A stretch of DNA of 64,000 bases from an uncultured Candidatus Binatia bacterium (GTDB lineage: Bacteria; Desulfobacterota; Binatia; UBA9968; CAXXLF01): NCBI GenBank assembly GCA_965218425.1, contig OZ244621.1, positions 3,744,001-3,808,000 on the forward strand. Reading direction: 5' to 3'. The notes beneath the pieces were generated by a model that worked only from the letters and a program-made list of their open reading frames with translations, did not search any database and was not told the DNA's origin. The translations under genes were made by a program, and so were the position numbers. This document shows positions 1 through 10,365 of the stretch, piece after piece. Position 1 is the stretch's first letter, and the number at the start of each line of letters is the position of its first letter.

Positions 1-27
1 GGCGTGGCCTGTTCCAGGAGAGATTCA

Positions 28-459
28 ATGGCAGATGATTCTGAAAAAGGCGAGGATAAGGGTTTCAAGGTTCAAGATCGGCGCCGATTTTCTTCCCAAG
101 ACAATGATTCGGCCGAAACTGCACAGTCCGACCCATCACCACAAGCGCCATATCAAGAATCGGAAAGTCAACCGGCTGAAGAGACGGAAGCTACATCTAA
201 TGAGGCGCTTCAAGCTATTAACTTTCCTACCTTTATTATTAGCCTCAGCACCCAGGCCCTGATGCACCTGGGAGAAATTCCCAATCCCTTGACCGGGAAA
301 GTTGAGAAGGAAATTCAGGCGGCCAAACAAACCATTGATATCGTTAGCCTATTGGAGGAAAAGACCCGGGGTAATTTGGATCGGGGAGAAGAGAAACTCA
401 TGGAGGAGGTCCTCTACGATCTCCGCATGAAGTACGTGCAGGCGGTGAGGAAAAAATAG
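28..459 (+). CDS. DUF1844 domain protein
   Basis: Acidic N-terminus, then FPTFIISLSTQALMHLGEIPNPLTG...AKQTIDIVSLLEEKTRGNL...LYDLRMKYV; AGGAG before ATG at 28. Confidence 0.85.
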   Translation: MADDSEKGEDKGFKVQDRRRFSSQDNDSAETAQSDPSPQAPYQESESQPAEETEATSNEALQAINFPTFIISLSTQALMHLGEIPNPLTGKVEKEIQAAKQTIDIVSLLEEKTRGNLDRGEEKLMEEVLYDLRMKYVQAVRKK

Positions 460-468
460 GAGAACTCA

Positions 469-1965
469 ATGGAAGAAAATGTAACATGGCTGAGCAGGGT
501 TGGGATGAGAGGGCTCCTCGGAATTATTTTCGGCTTCCTTTGCCTTGGGATACTGATGGTACCAGTCCTTCAATATTCAGCCCCAAATGGCAAGTTTCAC
601 TTCACAGAGGTGGCAACCCTTGCCCATGCCGCCTCCACGAACCCACAGGGCTTGCCGGATTTTATTGACCTTGCAAAAGAACTTCGGCCGGCCGTGGTGA
701 ATATTTCAACGAGCCAAGCGGGAGGGGGAAGACAACCATCACCCCCGAGCCCCTTTGGAGAGGAGGACCCTTTTAGCGAATTTTGGAGACGTTTTTTTGG
801 TGATCCCATGCCCCGAGGGCCTTATCGCCAGAAGAGTCTGGGTTCAGGATTTGTGGTTGATCGCGAAGGTTACATCTTGACCAATAACCATGTAGTGGAG
901 AGCGGTGATAAAATCATCGTGAGGCTTTCCGATGATAAGGAATTCGAAGCCAAGCTAGTGGGACGGGATCCAAAAACCGATATTGCTGTGATCAAAATTG
1001 ACGCGGACATTACCTTACAGATCGCACCCTTGGGCGACTCAGACCAACTGGAGGTGGGGGAGTGGGTCCTGGCCATTGGTAACCCTTTCGGTTTGGAACA
1101 CAGCGTGACATCAGGAATTGTTAGTGCCAAGGGACGTCATATTGGTGCTGGGCCATACGATAACTTTATCCAGACCGATGCCTCGATTAATCCGGGGAAC
1201 TCGGGGGGACCACTGATCAATCTGCAAGGTAAAGTCGTGGGGATTAACACGGCTATTTTCAGTCGAGGGGGAGGCAACATTGGAATTGGTTTCGCTATCC
1301 CCATAAATTTGGCCAAGGAACTTTTGCCTCAACTCAAATCCAAGGGGAAAGTAACGCGCGGTTGGTTGGGGGTGGTCATTCAAGGGGTGACCCCTGCCAT
1401 TGCTGAGTCTCTGGGTATGGATGAAGCCAGGGGGGCCCTAGTGGCGAACGTGTCCAGTGATGGGCCCGCTGAGCGTGCTGGGATTCAAATAGGCGATGTC
1501 ATCGTTGAATTTAATAACCAACGGGTCAAGGAGTCGAACGACTTGCCGATCATTGTGGCGCGTACACCCGTAGGCAAAAAGGTCGGCGTGACGGTCCTGA
1601 GAGATGGAAGAGATGTGAAGCTTTCAGTCACCATTGGAGAACTCAAGGATGAGGAGGTGCTGGCCTCGTCCAAAGGGAAGGGGGGCCTCGGGTTAACGGT
1701 ACAAAGAGTGACCCCGCAAATTGCGGAGAGTTTAGGATTGGGCCGTGCCGAAGGTGTGGTAATCACAATGGTGGAGCCGGGAAGCCCGGCAGAGGAAGCG
1801 GGGTTGCGTCGGGGAGACGTCATTTTAGAGATCGACCGGAAATCGACTCTCAAACTTTCGGACTACCAAAAAGCCGTCACAAGAATTAAGAAAGGTAAGG
1901 GAGTGCTGTTCCTTGTACGCCGGGGGGGGGCCACACTTTTTCTCGCCCTCAAAACCCGCAAGTAG
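469..1965 (+). CDS. degQ: DegQ/HtrA periplasmic serine protease with two PDZ domains
   Basis: TNNHVV, TDIAV and INPGNSGGPL catalytic motifs; two PDZ repeats; N-terminal hydrophobic segment. Confidence 0.95.
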   Translation: MEENVTWLSRVGMRGLLGIIFGFLCLGILMVPVLQYSAPNGKFHFTEVATLAHAASTNPQGLPDFIDLAKELRPAVVNISTSQAGGGRQPSPPSPFGEEDPFSEFWRRFFGDPMPRGPYRQKSLGSGFVVDREGYILTNNHVVESGDKIIVRLSDDKEFEAKLVGRDPKTDIAVIKIDADITLQIAPLGDSDQLEVGEWVLAIGNPFGLEHSVTSGIVSAKGRHIGAGPYDNFIQTDASINPGNSGGPLINLQGKVVGINTAIFSRGGGNIGIGFAIPINLAKELLPQLKSKGKVTRGWLGVVIQGVTPAIAESLGMDEARGALVANVSSDGPAERAGIQIGDVIVEFNNQRVKESNDLPIIVARTPVGKKVGVTVLRDGRDVKLSVTIGELKDEEVLASSKGKGGLGLTVQRVTPQIAESLGLGRAEGVVITMVEPGSPAEEAGLRRGDVILEIDRKSTLKLSDYQKAVTRIKKGKGVLFLVRRGGATLFLALKTRK

Positions 1966-2005
1966 GGGCTCACCAGCAGTTGATCCTATTCAATGGGTTT
2001 CCACC

Positions 2006-2043
2006 GGGTCGGGCGAAAATTGTCCGGCCCTTTTCGTTTTTTT
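2006..2043 (+). terminator. Rho-independent terminator
   Basis: Stem GGGTCGGGCGA/TTGTCCGGCCC followed by TTTTCGTTTTTTT after degQ. Confidence 0.7.
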
Positions 2044-2060
2044 GACACGCCTAGGGGTTA

Positions 2061-4463
2061 ATGGTAAGGTCGAAAAGTAAAATGCCCGAGTCATCAAAAA
2101 ATCCCCGAAAAATGAAGTACTTAACCTTCCTTCGGGTCACCATTTTCGGCCTGGTTTTATTTGCTGCTGGGGGGGTATTTCTAGGTGTGTGGTACCTGAA
2201 GTATCTGGAAGGTGTGGTGACTGCTAAATTTGACGGGCGAAAATGGAATTTCCCCGCCAAGATCTTCTCTGACACATATCTGATTTACCCCGGCATGTCG
2301 CTTCCCATGAAAGAGCTGGGAGCCAAGCTGGAGCGCCTGGGTTACCGCAACACGGCTGCAAGACCACGAAGTGTGGGTGAATATCGCCTGCAAGAAAAAG
2401 ACGGCGTTGCGGAAGTATACCTTCACAATTTTCTCTATCCTCTGGGACAGTTCAACGGATTTCCCGTGCGCTTGACCTTCGTGTCCAATACCGCCACCAA
2501 AATTCATCATATGGACACGGGAAAAGAAGTCTTTTCCCTGGAATTAGAACCGGAACTGGTGACCGGGGTTTATGACCGTGTCTGGGAGGAGAGGCGATTG
2601 GTGACCCTGGCGGAAGTTCCACCGCTGCTGGTTCGTGCCATTCTAGCCATTGAGGACGAGCGATTTTATCACCACATGGGGATTGATCCCATTGCGGTAC
2701 TAAGGGCGTCCGTCGCCAATTTTGTCAGAGGTGAAATTGTGCAAGGTGGGAGTACCTTGACCCAGCAATTAATGAAGAATTTCTTTTTGGGTGGCGAGCG
2801 GACCCTCAAGCGCAAAGTGAAAGAAGCCTTGATGGCCCTTGTGACGGAGTGGAAGTATTCCAAGGACGAGATCTTAGAGAATTATTTGAATGAAATCTAT
2901 TTGGGACAGAAGAGGACTCAAGGAGTTTTTGGAGTTTGGGAGGCGGCGCAGTTCTATTTCGCCAAGGAGCCTACTCAGCTGGAGGTGGATGAGATGGCCC
3001 TGCTGGCCGGATTGATCAAGGCCCCCAACCGTTACTCCCCCTATTCCAGTGTGGAGGTGGCGACACGTAGGAGAAATCTGGTCTTGGCCAAGATGTTCGA
3101 GGAAGGATTTGTTACTCGTTCCCAATACGAGCGGGCCCTCAGGAGAGTTATCCTCCCTCGTGAGCAGGTTAAGCTTGCTAACGATGCTCCTTTCTACGTT
3201 GATTTTTTGAGAAAAGAGCTGGCGGAGAACTATTCATCCGAGGTGCTGACGGCGGAGGGGTTGAGAATCTTCACCAGCCTCGATTTTCATCTCCAGAGGA
3301 TTGCCGAAAGCTCACTGAGGGGGGGATTAAGCCGGTTAGAAAAAAAATACAGACATTTGCGTAAGGCCGCAGAGGGAGATCGCCTCGAGGGGGCCATCAT
3401 TGTGATTAAGCCGCAGACGGGCGAGATCAAGGCCATGGTGGGTGGGAGAAATCACCAAACATCCCAATTCAATCGGGTGGTCCAGGCGAAACGCCAGCCT
3501 GGATCCATTTTCAAGCCTTTTGTTTACCTTGCCGCCATGATCTATGGCCCGGAGGACAAGGAGGAAACATTCACCCCTCTAACCTTTGTGGAGGATAGTC
3601 CGTTTACCTGGAGTTACGAGGACAAGGAGTGGAAACCCGAAAACTATCAGGCCGCCTATTACGGAATCGTCAGTTTCCGGCAGGCCTTGGAGAGGTCCTT
3701 GAACACAGCCACTGCCAGGATTGCTCAGCGTGTGGGCATAAAAAGAATTCGTGACCTGGCTTATCGTTTGGGTATTGAGAGTCCTTTATCGCCGCTACCC
3801 TCGTTGGCATTGGGCGCCGTGGAGGTGACCCCGCTGGAGATCGCCAGGGCATTTGCCACGTTGGCCAATAACGGTGTACGAACCAATCCCCTGGCGGTGA
3901 AGCAGATCGTTGATCAACAAGGACAAGTGTTGGAGAAGAGGGATGTCCGTGTCAAGAAAGTCATTACACCGCGGGTGGCCTTTGCCATCAACCATATGTT
4001 GAAAGGAGTCTTGGATCGAGGCACGGGCCGCGGGGTAAGATGGCGGGGCTTTCGTCGGCCCGCCGCGGGCAAGACGGGCACCACCAATGATACCAGAGAT
4101 GCTTGGTTTGGGGGGTACACCCCGGACCTATTGGCGGTGGTCTGGGTGGGATTTGATAACGAAAGTGAACTTGGCCTGTCTGGCGGGGAGGCTGCTTTGC
4201 CCATTTGGACCGAATTTATGATCCGGGCCACGGAGGGAAGCCCCGTAACGGATTTTGTTCCGCCGCGGGGAATCGAGATGGTTGAGGTGGATCCCCTGAG
4301 CGGATTTCGCGCCACGCCCAATTGCCCGCAGGCAATCGAAGAGGCGTTCTTCGAAGGGAGTGCTCCTGAGGAATTTTGCCCATTGCATCCGGCGTCGATT
4401 GTATTCAAGGAAACCGCACCGCTTCGTCGTTCGGGCTGGCCGGTGAGGCCCCCGGGGAGATAG
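2061..4463 (+). CDS. mrcB: Class A penicillin-binding protein PBP1B (TM, UB2H, transglycosylase, transpeptidase)
   Basis: EDERFYHHMGID, QGGSTLTQQL, RKVKEA; SIFK (SxxK), SLN, KTG motifs; UB2H-like segment; start codon uncertain. Confidence 0.93.
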   Translation: MVRSKSKMPESSKNPRKMKYLTFLRVTIFGLVLFAAGGVFLGVWYLKYLEGVVTAKFDGRKWNFPAKIFSDTYLIYPGMSLPMKELGAKLERLGYRNTAARPRSVGEYRLQEKDGVAEVYLHNFLYPLGQFNGFPVRLTFVSNTATKIHHMDTGKEVFSLELEPELVTGVYDRVWEERRLVTLAEVPPLLVRAILAIEDERFYHHMGIDPIAVLRASVANFVRGEIVQGGSTLTQQLMKNFFLGGERTLKRKVKEALMALVTEWKYSKDEILENYLNEIYLGQKRTQGVFGVWEAAQFYFAKEPTQLEVDEMALLAGLIKAPNRYSPYSSVEVATRRRNLVLAKMFEEGFVTRSQYERALRRVILPREQVKLANDAPFYVDFLRKELAENYSSEVLTAEGLRIFTSLDFHLQRIAESSLRGGLSRLEKKYRHLRKAAEGDRLEGAIIVIKPQTGEIKAMVGGRNHQTSQFNRVVQAKRQPGSIFKPFVYLAAMIYGPEDKEETFTPLTFVEDSPFTWSYEDKEWKPENYQAAYYGIVSFRQALERSLNTATARIAQRVGIKRIRDLAYRLGIESPLSPLPSLALGAVEVTPLEIARAFATLANNGVRTNPLAVKQIVDQQGQVLEKRDVRVKKVITPRVAFAINHMLKGVLDRGTGRGVRWRGFRRPAAGKTGTTNDTRDAWFGGYTPDLLAVVWVGFDNESELGLSGGEAALPIWTEFMIRATEGSPVTDFVPPRGIEMVEVDPLSGFRATPNCPQAIEEAFFEGSAPEEFCPLHPASIVFKETAPLRRSGWPVRPPGR

Positions 4464-4500
4464 GGAAGTGAACTTTACAACGACTACCGAAGAGGTCATC

Positions 4501-5081
4501 ATGCGGAGTTCCTTCCTTGTGAGGTCAATAACGCTGGCAGTGTTATTTATTTTTGTGATGTCCTCAGCCTGTACGGCAGTGCGGCGGGATTCCGGTTTGT
4601 TCCACGGCAAAACGCTTCCCGGGCCGGGGGGGGCTCCCCGCCCCCGGAGGCGTCCTTGATTAGCAGGATTGATTCCCGCACGCCCCCGCGGCAAGCTGCG
4701 TCCTTGCATTTGACCGACCACGGACGGAAGCTGATCGAGTCTGGGAATCACACCAAGGCTCTGACCCATTTAGAAAAAGCCCTGGCGGTGGATTCAACCA
4801 ATCCCTACGTCTACTATTACTTTGCAAAGGCCCATTTTAACCTCACCAACTACAGGCAATCGGTTGACTTTCTCGACGTTGCCGAGTCGCTGCTTTACAG
4901 CCAACCCTACTGGATGGCAGAGGTTCTCAACCTCAAGGGGGAGAATTTTCAAGTCATGGGTCTCCTCAAGGAGGCTAGTCTGAGTTACGCCGAAGCCCTG
5001 CGTCTCAATCCCAAAAATCAGAAGGCGGCGGTGGAACTGAACCGTGTGGAGCGAGCCCTGGAAATCCCCTCCGTCCGGTAA
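4501..5081 (+). pseudogene. TPR lipoprotein (LpoP-like) split by a frameshift at a G8 tract
   Basis: Signal peptide ending MSSAC in the frame of 4501; TPR domain in the frame of 4656-5081; one extra G in G8 at 4626-4633 joins them; may be a sequencing error. Confidence 0.65.
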
Positions 5082-5112
5082 ACGCTTCGTTACCATTTAC
5101 TGAGGTTGTTTG

Positions 5113-6111
5113 ATGCTAGTGTTGGGAGTAGAGAGTTCCTGTGATGATACTGCGGCGGCTGTTCTGTTGGATGGTCATCGCATCCTTTCCAATCTTGTGT
5201 CCTCCCAGGATCAGGTGCACGGTCCCTACGGGGGAGTCGTTCCAGAGTTGGCCTCTCGCCAGCATATCCGTCAAGTGCTCCCCATTGTGGATGAGGCCTT
5301 AAAAAGAGCGGGGGTCGGACTAGGGGATCTGAACGGTCTTGCGGTCACCTTTGGTCCCGGTCTGGCGGGCTCTCTCCTGGTGGGACTTTCCTTGATCAAA
5401 GGACTCTCATTCCGGTGGGAAATTCCCTACGTTGGGGTGAACCATTTGGAAGCTCATCTCCTGGCAATATTTCTTGAGAAGGAAGTCTCATTTCCCTACA
5501 TTGCCCTGCTGGCATCCGGAGGACATACGCTTCTCTATGTGGTCAAGGACGTTGGTGATTATCAATATGTAGGAGGTACCCGGGACGATGCGGCTGGTGA
5601 AGCCTACGACAAAGTCGCAAAGCTCATGGGACTGGGATACCCAGGGGGGAGAGTTATCGATCAACTGGCGAAACTTGGCGATCCCAAAGCCATTTCTTTC
5701 CCGCGGGCCCGCATCAAAAAGAGCTCTTACGATTTTAGTTTTAGCGGTCTAAAAACGGCTGTCTTTCATTACTTGAAAGATAAGCCCGAAGGAGTTTGGA
5801 GTGAGCAGAAAGCTGATATTGCAGCGAGTTTTCAAGAGGCGGTTGTAGACATGCTTATTAGGCCAACCATGGAGATCGCGGATGAGTTAAAAATAAACCG
5901 GGTCGTATTGGCTGGAGGCGTCTCGGCTAACAGCCGTTTACGCGCCAAGATGGCGGAAAAGGGAGAGGAGAAAGGGGTTGAGGTTCATTTTCCTTCGCCG
6001 CGATTGTGTACCGACAATGCAGCGATGATTGCCCTTGCGGGTTATCACATGTTAAAAGGGGGGCGCAGAGGGGATCTTGCCTTGAATGCCGACGCTGACC
6101 TGACCCTTTGA
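5113..6111 (+). CDS. tsaD: tRNA N6-adenosine threonylcarbamoyltransferase
   Basis: GVESSCDDT, GGVVPELASRQH, VNHLEAH, SGGHT, DDAAGEAYDKVA, CTDNAAMIA. Confidence 0.97.
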   Translation: MLVLGVESSCDDTAAAVLLDGHRILSNLVSSQDQVHGPYGGVVPELASRQHIRQVLPIVDEALKRAGVGLGDLNGLAVTFGPGLAGSLLVGLSLIKGLSFRWEIPYVGVNHLEAHLLAIFLEKEVSFPYIALLASGGHTLLYVVKDVGDYQYVGGTRDDAAGEAYDKVAKLMGLGYPGGRVIDQLAKLGDPKAISFPRARIKKSSYDFSFSGLKTAVFHYLKDKPEGVWSEQKADIAASFQEAVVDMLIRPTMEIADELKINRVVLAGGVSANSRLRAKMAEKGEEKGVEVHFPSPRLCTDNAAMIALAGYHMLKGGRRGDLALNADADLTL

Positions 6112-6193
6112 TCTCGTTAATCGAAAACCCCGTAAAGTTCGATTGTCTCCTCGTCTCTACCACTGAGATTCCATTCTCCATTTACCATTGACC

Positions 6194-7033
6194 ATGCCTT
6201 CTCTTTACCAGGAGGCCCGATTAGCCTGCCAGGAGCTAGGATTTCGTCCCAAGAAACGACTGGGTCAGCATTTCCTGATCGATGAAAAGGTCATCGAGAC
6301 CACCTTACGTCTTATGAATCTTTCAGAGGGCGACGAGGTGTTAGAAATCGGTCCTGGGATTGGATTTCTCACCCGACGCCTTGTGGCAAAGGCGAAGAGG
6401 GTTTGGGCGGTGGAGGTGGACCCCTTATTGGTACAATGGTTGCAGCAGAGTCCCATGGGCGATGCTTCTTCCCTGACCCTTGTTCATGCCGATGTGCTTA
6501 AAATGCCGTTGGACGAGATTCTTCCCAACCGCAAGGTCAAGTTGGTTGGTAATCTTCCTTACAATATTTCGACACCGGTTCTCTTTCGTATCCTGGAACA
6601 ACGCGAACATTTCTCTAACCTTGTTTTCATGGTGCAACGGGAAGTTGCAGACCGTCTGGCGGCCTCACCCGGCACAAAGTCCTATGGAACCCTCTCCGTC
6701 TGGCGCCAGGTCCATGGAGAGATTTTGGCGAAAGTTGGTGTCTCACGCAGGGCGTTCTTTCCCCAACCGAAAGTACAGTCCACCATTCTCAATATTCGAC
6801 TTCGCCCCGAGCCTCTTATACCCAGTGAATATTTTCCATTCCTCCGTGAGGTGGTTAGAGCAAGCTTTGGCCAGAGGCGCAAGATGCTCAGCAATGCGCT
6901 GGCAAATTTACTGAAAAGAGAGCGGGTGGAGACCGAAGGCTTGTTACGGAAGGAAGGAATCGATCCCCAACGTCGCGGGGAGACCCTGAGTGTGGACGAG
7001 ATGATTCGGTTGGCCTATACCCTTAAATCATGA
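6194..7033 (+). CDS. rsmA: 16S rRNA adenine dimethyltransferase
   Basis: PKKRLGQHFL, LEIGPGIG, GNLPYNIST, FGQRRKML. Confidence 0.97.
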   Translation: MPSLYQEARLACQELGFRPKKRLGQHFLIDEKVIETTLRLMNLSEGDEVLEIGPGIGFLTRRLVAKAKRVWAVEVDPLLVQWLQQSPMGDASSLTLVHADVLKMPLDEILPNRKVKLVGNLPYNISTPVLFRILEQREHFSNLVFMVQREVADRLAASPGTKSYGTLSVWRQVHGEILAKVGVSRRAFFPQPKVQSTILNIRLRPEPLIPSEYFPFLREVVRASFGQRRKMLSNALANLLKRERVETEGLLRKEGIDPQRRGETLSVDEMIRLAYTLKS

Positions 7034-7144
7034 GAATCCAGTTGTCAATGAGTTCATCGGTATTTACACAAAGGACCCCGTTGGCCACCTTCGAGCCCGG
7101 CACTTCCGCGGGCGGGCAATGGGCCCGTCCCTTGTGGGCTCCGG

Positions 7145-7225
7145 TCTGTCTCCGACCCTGACCCTTCGACCATGCTCAGGGTCATCGTGAGGCGCTCGAA
7201 CGATGAAGCTCGGACCCGAAGGGAG
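7145..7225. repeat. Nested palindromic REP-like element
   Basis: Hairpins TGACCCT..AGGGTCA (7159-7184) and TCATCGT..ACGATGA (7182-7206) with CTTCGAC..GCTCAG / GTGAG..TCGAA cores, inside TCCGACCCTGA...GCTCGGACCCGAAGGG. Confidence 0.55.
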
Positions 7226-7359
7226 CGCAACCGAACGGCCACACCCGGTACGCTTCAAAGACCCCCCATGGGGTCGCCCGTCGGTTGCCCAGGGGCAAAA
7301 ACTTAAACTGAACGCCTAATCCTATGGGCGCCTTTGAATAGAATTTCTTTTTGGTCATC

Positions 7360-8181
7360 ATGCCTGAACTTCCTGAGGTTGAAACCATCCGTCGTTCCCT
7401 GCAGCCGCTAATTTGTGGACAACGGATCGTAAGCGTTCAAGTGTTGCGGCGTCAACTCCGGATACCAGTGGCAAATGATTTCCGGGCGCGCCTGGAAGGA
7501 AAAACGGTTCGGGGCATTAGTCGCAGGGGCAAGTATTTACTAGTGGAACTGGATTCGGAAGAGGTATGGGTTGTACACTTGGGCATGTCGGGCAAGCTGA
7601 CCTATTCTAGACGATCATGCCCGGTGCAAAAGCACGATCACGTAATTGTCGGGTTTGAGTCCGTGCATGAGCTGCGGTATCACGACCCCCGGCGTTTTGG
7701 TCTTACTCTGGTTCTTTACAACCAAGAGCTTTCCCAATGGCCTCCCTTGAGCCAACTGGGCGTGGATCCCTTGAGTGCTCAATTCCATGTGGATTATCTC
7801 CATTCCGCCATGCGCAATTCCAAGCGAAGAGTCAAAGACCTCTTGATGGATCAAACGGTGGTGGCAGGATTGGGGAATATCTATGCCAATGAGATATTAT
7901 TTCGAGCCGGATTGCGGCCCACTCGTAGAGTAGGACGCATCAACCGCAGCTATGCACAGCGCATCGTTGAAGCTACACCCGCCGTCCTGGAAGAGGCAAT
8001 TCGTTTACGGGGAACCTCCTTCTCGGATTACCGTAATGGTGAGGACAAAAAAGGAGAGTTTCAAAAACACCTGCAGGTCTACGATCGGGAAGGGGAAATG
8101 TGCAGAGTCTGTTCTGGCAAGATCAAGAAGCTTCAGGTGGGCAATCGAGGCGTTTTTTACTGTGGCGCTTGTCAAATCTAG
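7360..8181 (+). CDS. mutM: Formamidopyrimidine-DNA glycosylase
   Basis: MPELPEVET start, HLGMSG, DPRRFG, GLGNIYANE, C-terminal zinc finger. Confidence 0.97.
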   Translation: MPELPEVETIRRSLQPLICGQRIVSVQVLRRQLRIPVANDFRARLEGKTVRGISRRGKYLLVELDSEEVWVVHLGMSGKLTYSRRSCPVQKHDHVIVGFESVHELRYHDPRRFGLTLVLYNQELSQWPPLSQLGVDPLSAQFHVDYLHSAMRNSKRRVKDLLMDQTVVAGLGNIYANEILFRAGLRPTRRVGRINRSYAQRIVEATPAVLEEAIRLRGTSFSDYRNGEDKKGEFQKHLQVYDREGEMCRVCSGKIKKLQVGNRGVFYCGACQI

Positions 8182-8195
8182 CGAGACATCCAATC

Positions 8196-8735
8196 TTAAC
8201 CTATAATTTTGTAGCCTCCTGCCAGGTAACTCTTGCCGAGATCCACATAGGTGGAAGACCCCATCTTGATCCAGTTGAGCGCTTCTCCACTAATTTCCTT
8301 CTTTACCTTTGCAGGTGTTCCCGCCGCGAGAACCTTGGGAGGGATCTTGGTGTGAGGAACCACGACACTACCGGCGGCGATGAGGGATTGTTCCCCGATC
8401 TCTGTGTTTTCGAGAAGCGTTACATTCATGCCAATGATTGCGGCTTTCCGTATGACGCATCCCTCCATGATGGCTGCATGTCCGACCGTGACATCGTCTT
8501 CAATGATGGTAGGTGCTTCTCCCGAATGGATTACGCAGTTGTCCTGGACGCTGGTGCGGGCCCCCACCACGATGGGATTGGCGTTCTGATCGGACCTGAG
8601 GACTGCGCCAAACCAGATACTCGCTTCATCCCCAATAGTCACGTCTCCAATGATGACGGCTGTCGGAGCAATAAAGGCCTTGGAAGAAATCTTTGGTCTT
8701 TTTCCCTTGTATTCCATAATCATGGCGGTACTCAT
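8196..8735 (-). CDS. Gamma carbonic anhydrase family protein
   Basis: Hexapeptide repeats; IWFGAVLRSD, VQDNCVIH, VTVGH. Confidence 0.92.
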   Translation of the reverse strand: MSTAMIMEYKGKRPKISSKAFIAPTAVIIGDVTIGDEASIWFGAVLRSDQNANPIVVGARTSVQDNCVIHSGEAPTIIEDDVTVGHAAIMEGCVIRKAAIIGMNVTLLENTEIGEQSLIAAGSVVVPHTKIPPKVLAAGTPAKVKKEISGEALNWIKMGSSTYVDLGKSYLAGGYKIIG

Positions 8736-8796
8736 CTCCCTTGCGTATGAATTGGGTCAGAAATCTCAGCAGCACAAGACCTGGGGTTAGCCTGAT

Positions 8797-10041
8797 CTAT
8801 GAGAAAGTCTTGGCTGCAATTTCACAGATTCTTTTGCCAATGGCAAGGGACGCAGTGGCCCCTGGAGAGGGGGCATTGATTACATTGACTGCTTTTGGAC
8901 TTGAGGAGATGACGAAGTCATCAATGAGCTGCCCACTAGGTGAAACCGCCTGGGCTCGTACGCCCCGACCCGAGGGGATCAGATCCTGGCGTTTCACTTC
9001 AGGTACCAGTTGCTGCAGAGCTCTGACAAATGCCCCTTTGCTTAGAGAACGGTAGTATTCTTCGAATCCGGCCTTCCAATGAGTTACGGCCATGGCCCAA
9101 AAACCCCGGTAGGTCAGAATCTGCCATAGCTCTTGTGGGTTAAAGTCAAACATCCCATAGCCTTCCCTGGCGAAGGCCAGAACGGCGTTGGGCCCAACCT
9201 CTACGTCCCCGCCCATGGTTCGAGTAAAGTGTACCCCAAGAAAGGGTAATGTGCTGTCGGGGAGGGGATAGATCAATCCGCGAATCAGATTTCGACTCCC
9301 CTCGGATAGTTTGTAATACTCACCGCGGAAAGGAATGATTTTGGAGGATGTCTCCCCGGATAATATAGCAGGACCTTCTTTAGTCGTCAGCCGGGCCAAT
9401 CGATCAGTGTACAAACCTCCACAATTGATCAAATAATTGCAATGAAGGTCACCGGATGAGGTTTCGAGGATCAACCCTTCAGGCTTTTGCGTCACGTCTT
9501 TTAGGGCCGTGGAGGTTTGAATCTCTCCTCCGAGAGTTTGAAACCTCAGGGCATAGGCCTGGGCAACTTTGCTAAAGTCAATGATTCCCGTATTAGGGGA
9601 ATAAAGCGCCATGATACCTGAGGCGTGAGGTTCAATCTCATGAAGGCGATTCGGATCGATCAACTCCAAACCCTCAACGCCGTTTTCCATTCCCCGCTTC
9701 ATCAGCCCCTCAAGTTGCGGAAGTTGATCTTCCCTTGTTGCCAAAATCACTTTCCCGCAAGTTTCATGGGGGATGCCTTCCCGGTCGCAAAATTCCAACA
9801 GGGCCCTTTTTCCGGACACACACATCCTGGCCTTGGCGGAGCCTGGTCTATAATAGATCCCCGAGTGGAGGACTCCGCTGTTGTGGCCGGTTTGATGCAT
9901 GGCCAGGGCGGGCTCCTTTTCTAGCACTACGATTTTGGTCCTGGGACTTTGCTCGGCATACTGCATGGCGGTGGAAAGACCGATAATGCCGCCACCAATC
10001 ACGGCGAGATCATATTTTTGAGAAGGCATGGGCCCATGCAA
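8797..10041 (-). CDS. lhgO: L-2-hydroxyglutarate oxidase
   Basis: IGGGIIG, HQTGHNSGVLHSGIYY, PFRGEYY, PFLGVHFTR, NAPSPGATASL. Confidence 0.93.
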   Translation of the reverse strand: MHGPMPSQKYDLAVIGGGIIGLSTAMQYAEQSPRTKIVVLEKEPALAMHQTGHNSGVLHSGIYYRPGSAKARMCVSGKRALLEFCDREGIPHETCGKVILATREDQLPQLEGLMKRGMENGVEGLELIDPNRLHEIEPHASGIMALYSPNTGIIDFSKVAQAYALRFQTLGGEIQTSTALKDVTQKPEGLILETSSGDLHCNYLINCGGLYTDRLARLTTKEGPAILSGETSSKIIPFRGEYYKLSEGSRNLIRGLIYPLPDSTLPFLGVHFTRTMGGDVEVGPNAVLAFAREGYGMFDFNPQELWQILTYRGFWAMAVTHWKAGFEEYYRSLSKGAFVRALQQLVPEVKRQDLIPSGRGVRAQAVSPSGQLIDDFVISSSPKAVNVINAPSPGATASLAIGKRICEIAAKTFS

Positions 10042-10365
10042 GTCATGGTGACTCGCCTTAAGCGAGCAGTTGGCCTGATCCTCGAAAGATGGGATCGGCT
10101 TCGATCGGTTTTCGCATGATTAATGTTTTGCTGTCAAGAATTGTTAAGGCTTTTCGGCGACGTTCTGGGCTCTTTTCACGGAGCGAGCCTCCGGCCGTGA
10201 GCAACAGACATGCGGATATCTGAAGCTGGACGTTCGATGCCCACGGCCTTCCGTCTCACTCGCTTTCGTCGCTTTACCGATTTGGGGCGCAATGGGCTTG
10301 CACCGAAGAATGCGAGACGTCCGACATTGACTTGAAGGGGCCTCTTGGTAGCCGCTCATCAAAGG

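Noticed and set aside
1922..1930. G9 tract near the end of degQ
   Set aside because: In frame (RRGGAT) and the protein ends normally.
8100..8750. 216-aa plus-strand ORF, and similar long shadow ORFs at 4128-4769, 21944-22708, 24386-25003, 52407-53054 and 62488-63078
   Set aside because: They lie antisense to well-supported genes and have no recognisable motifs.
10080..10365. Spacer between lhgO and the MFS gene containing a 72-aa ORF
   Set aside because: No RBS, motif or convincing RNA structure.
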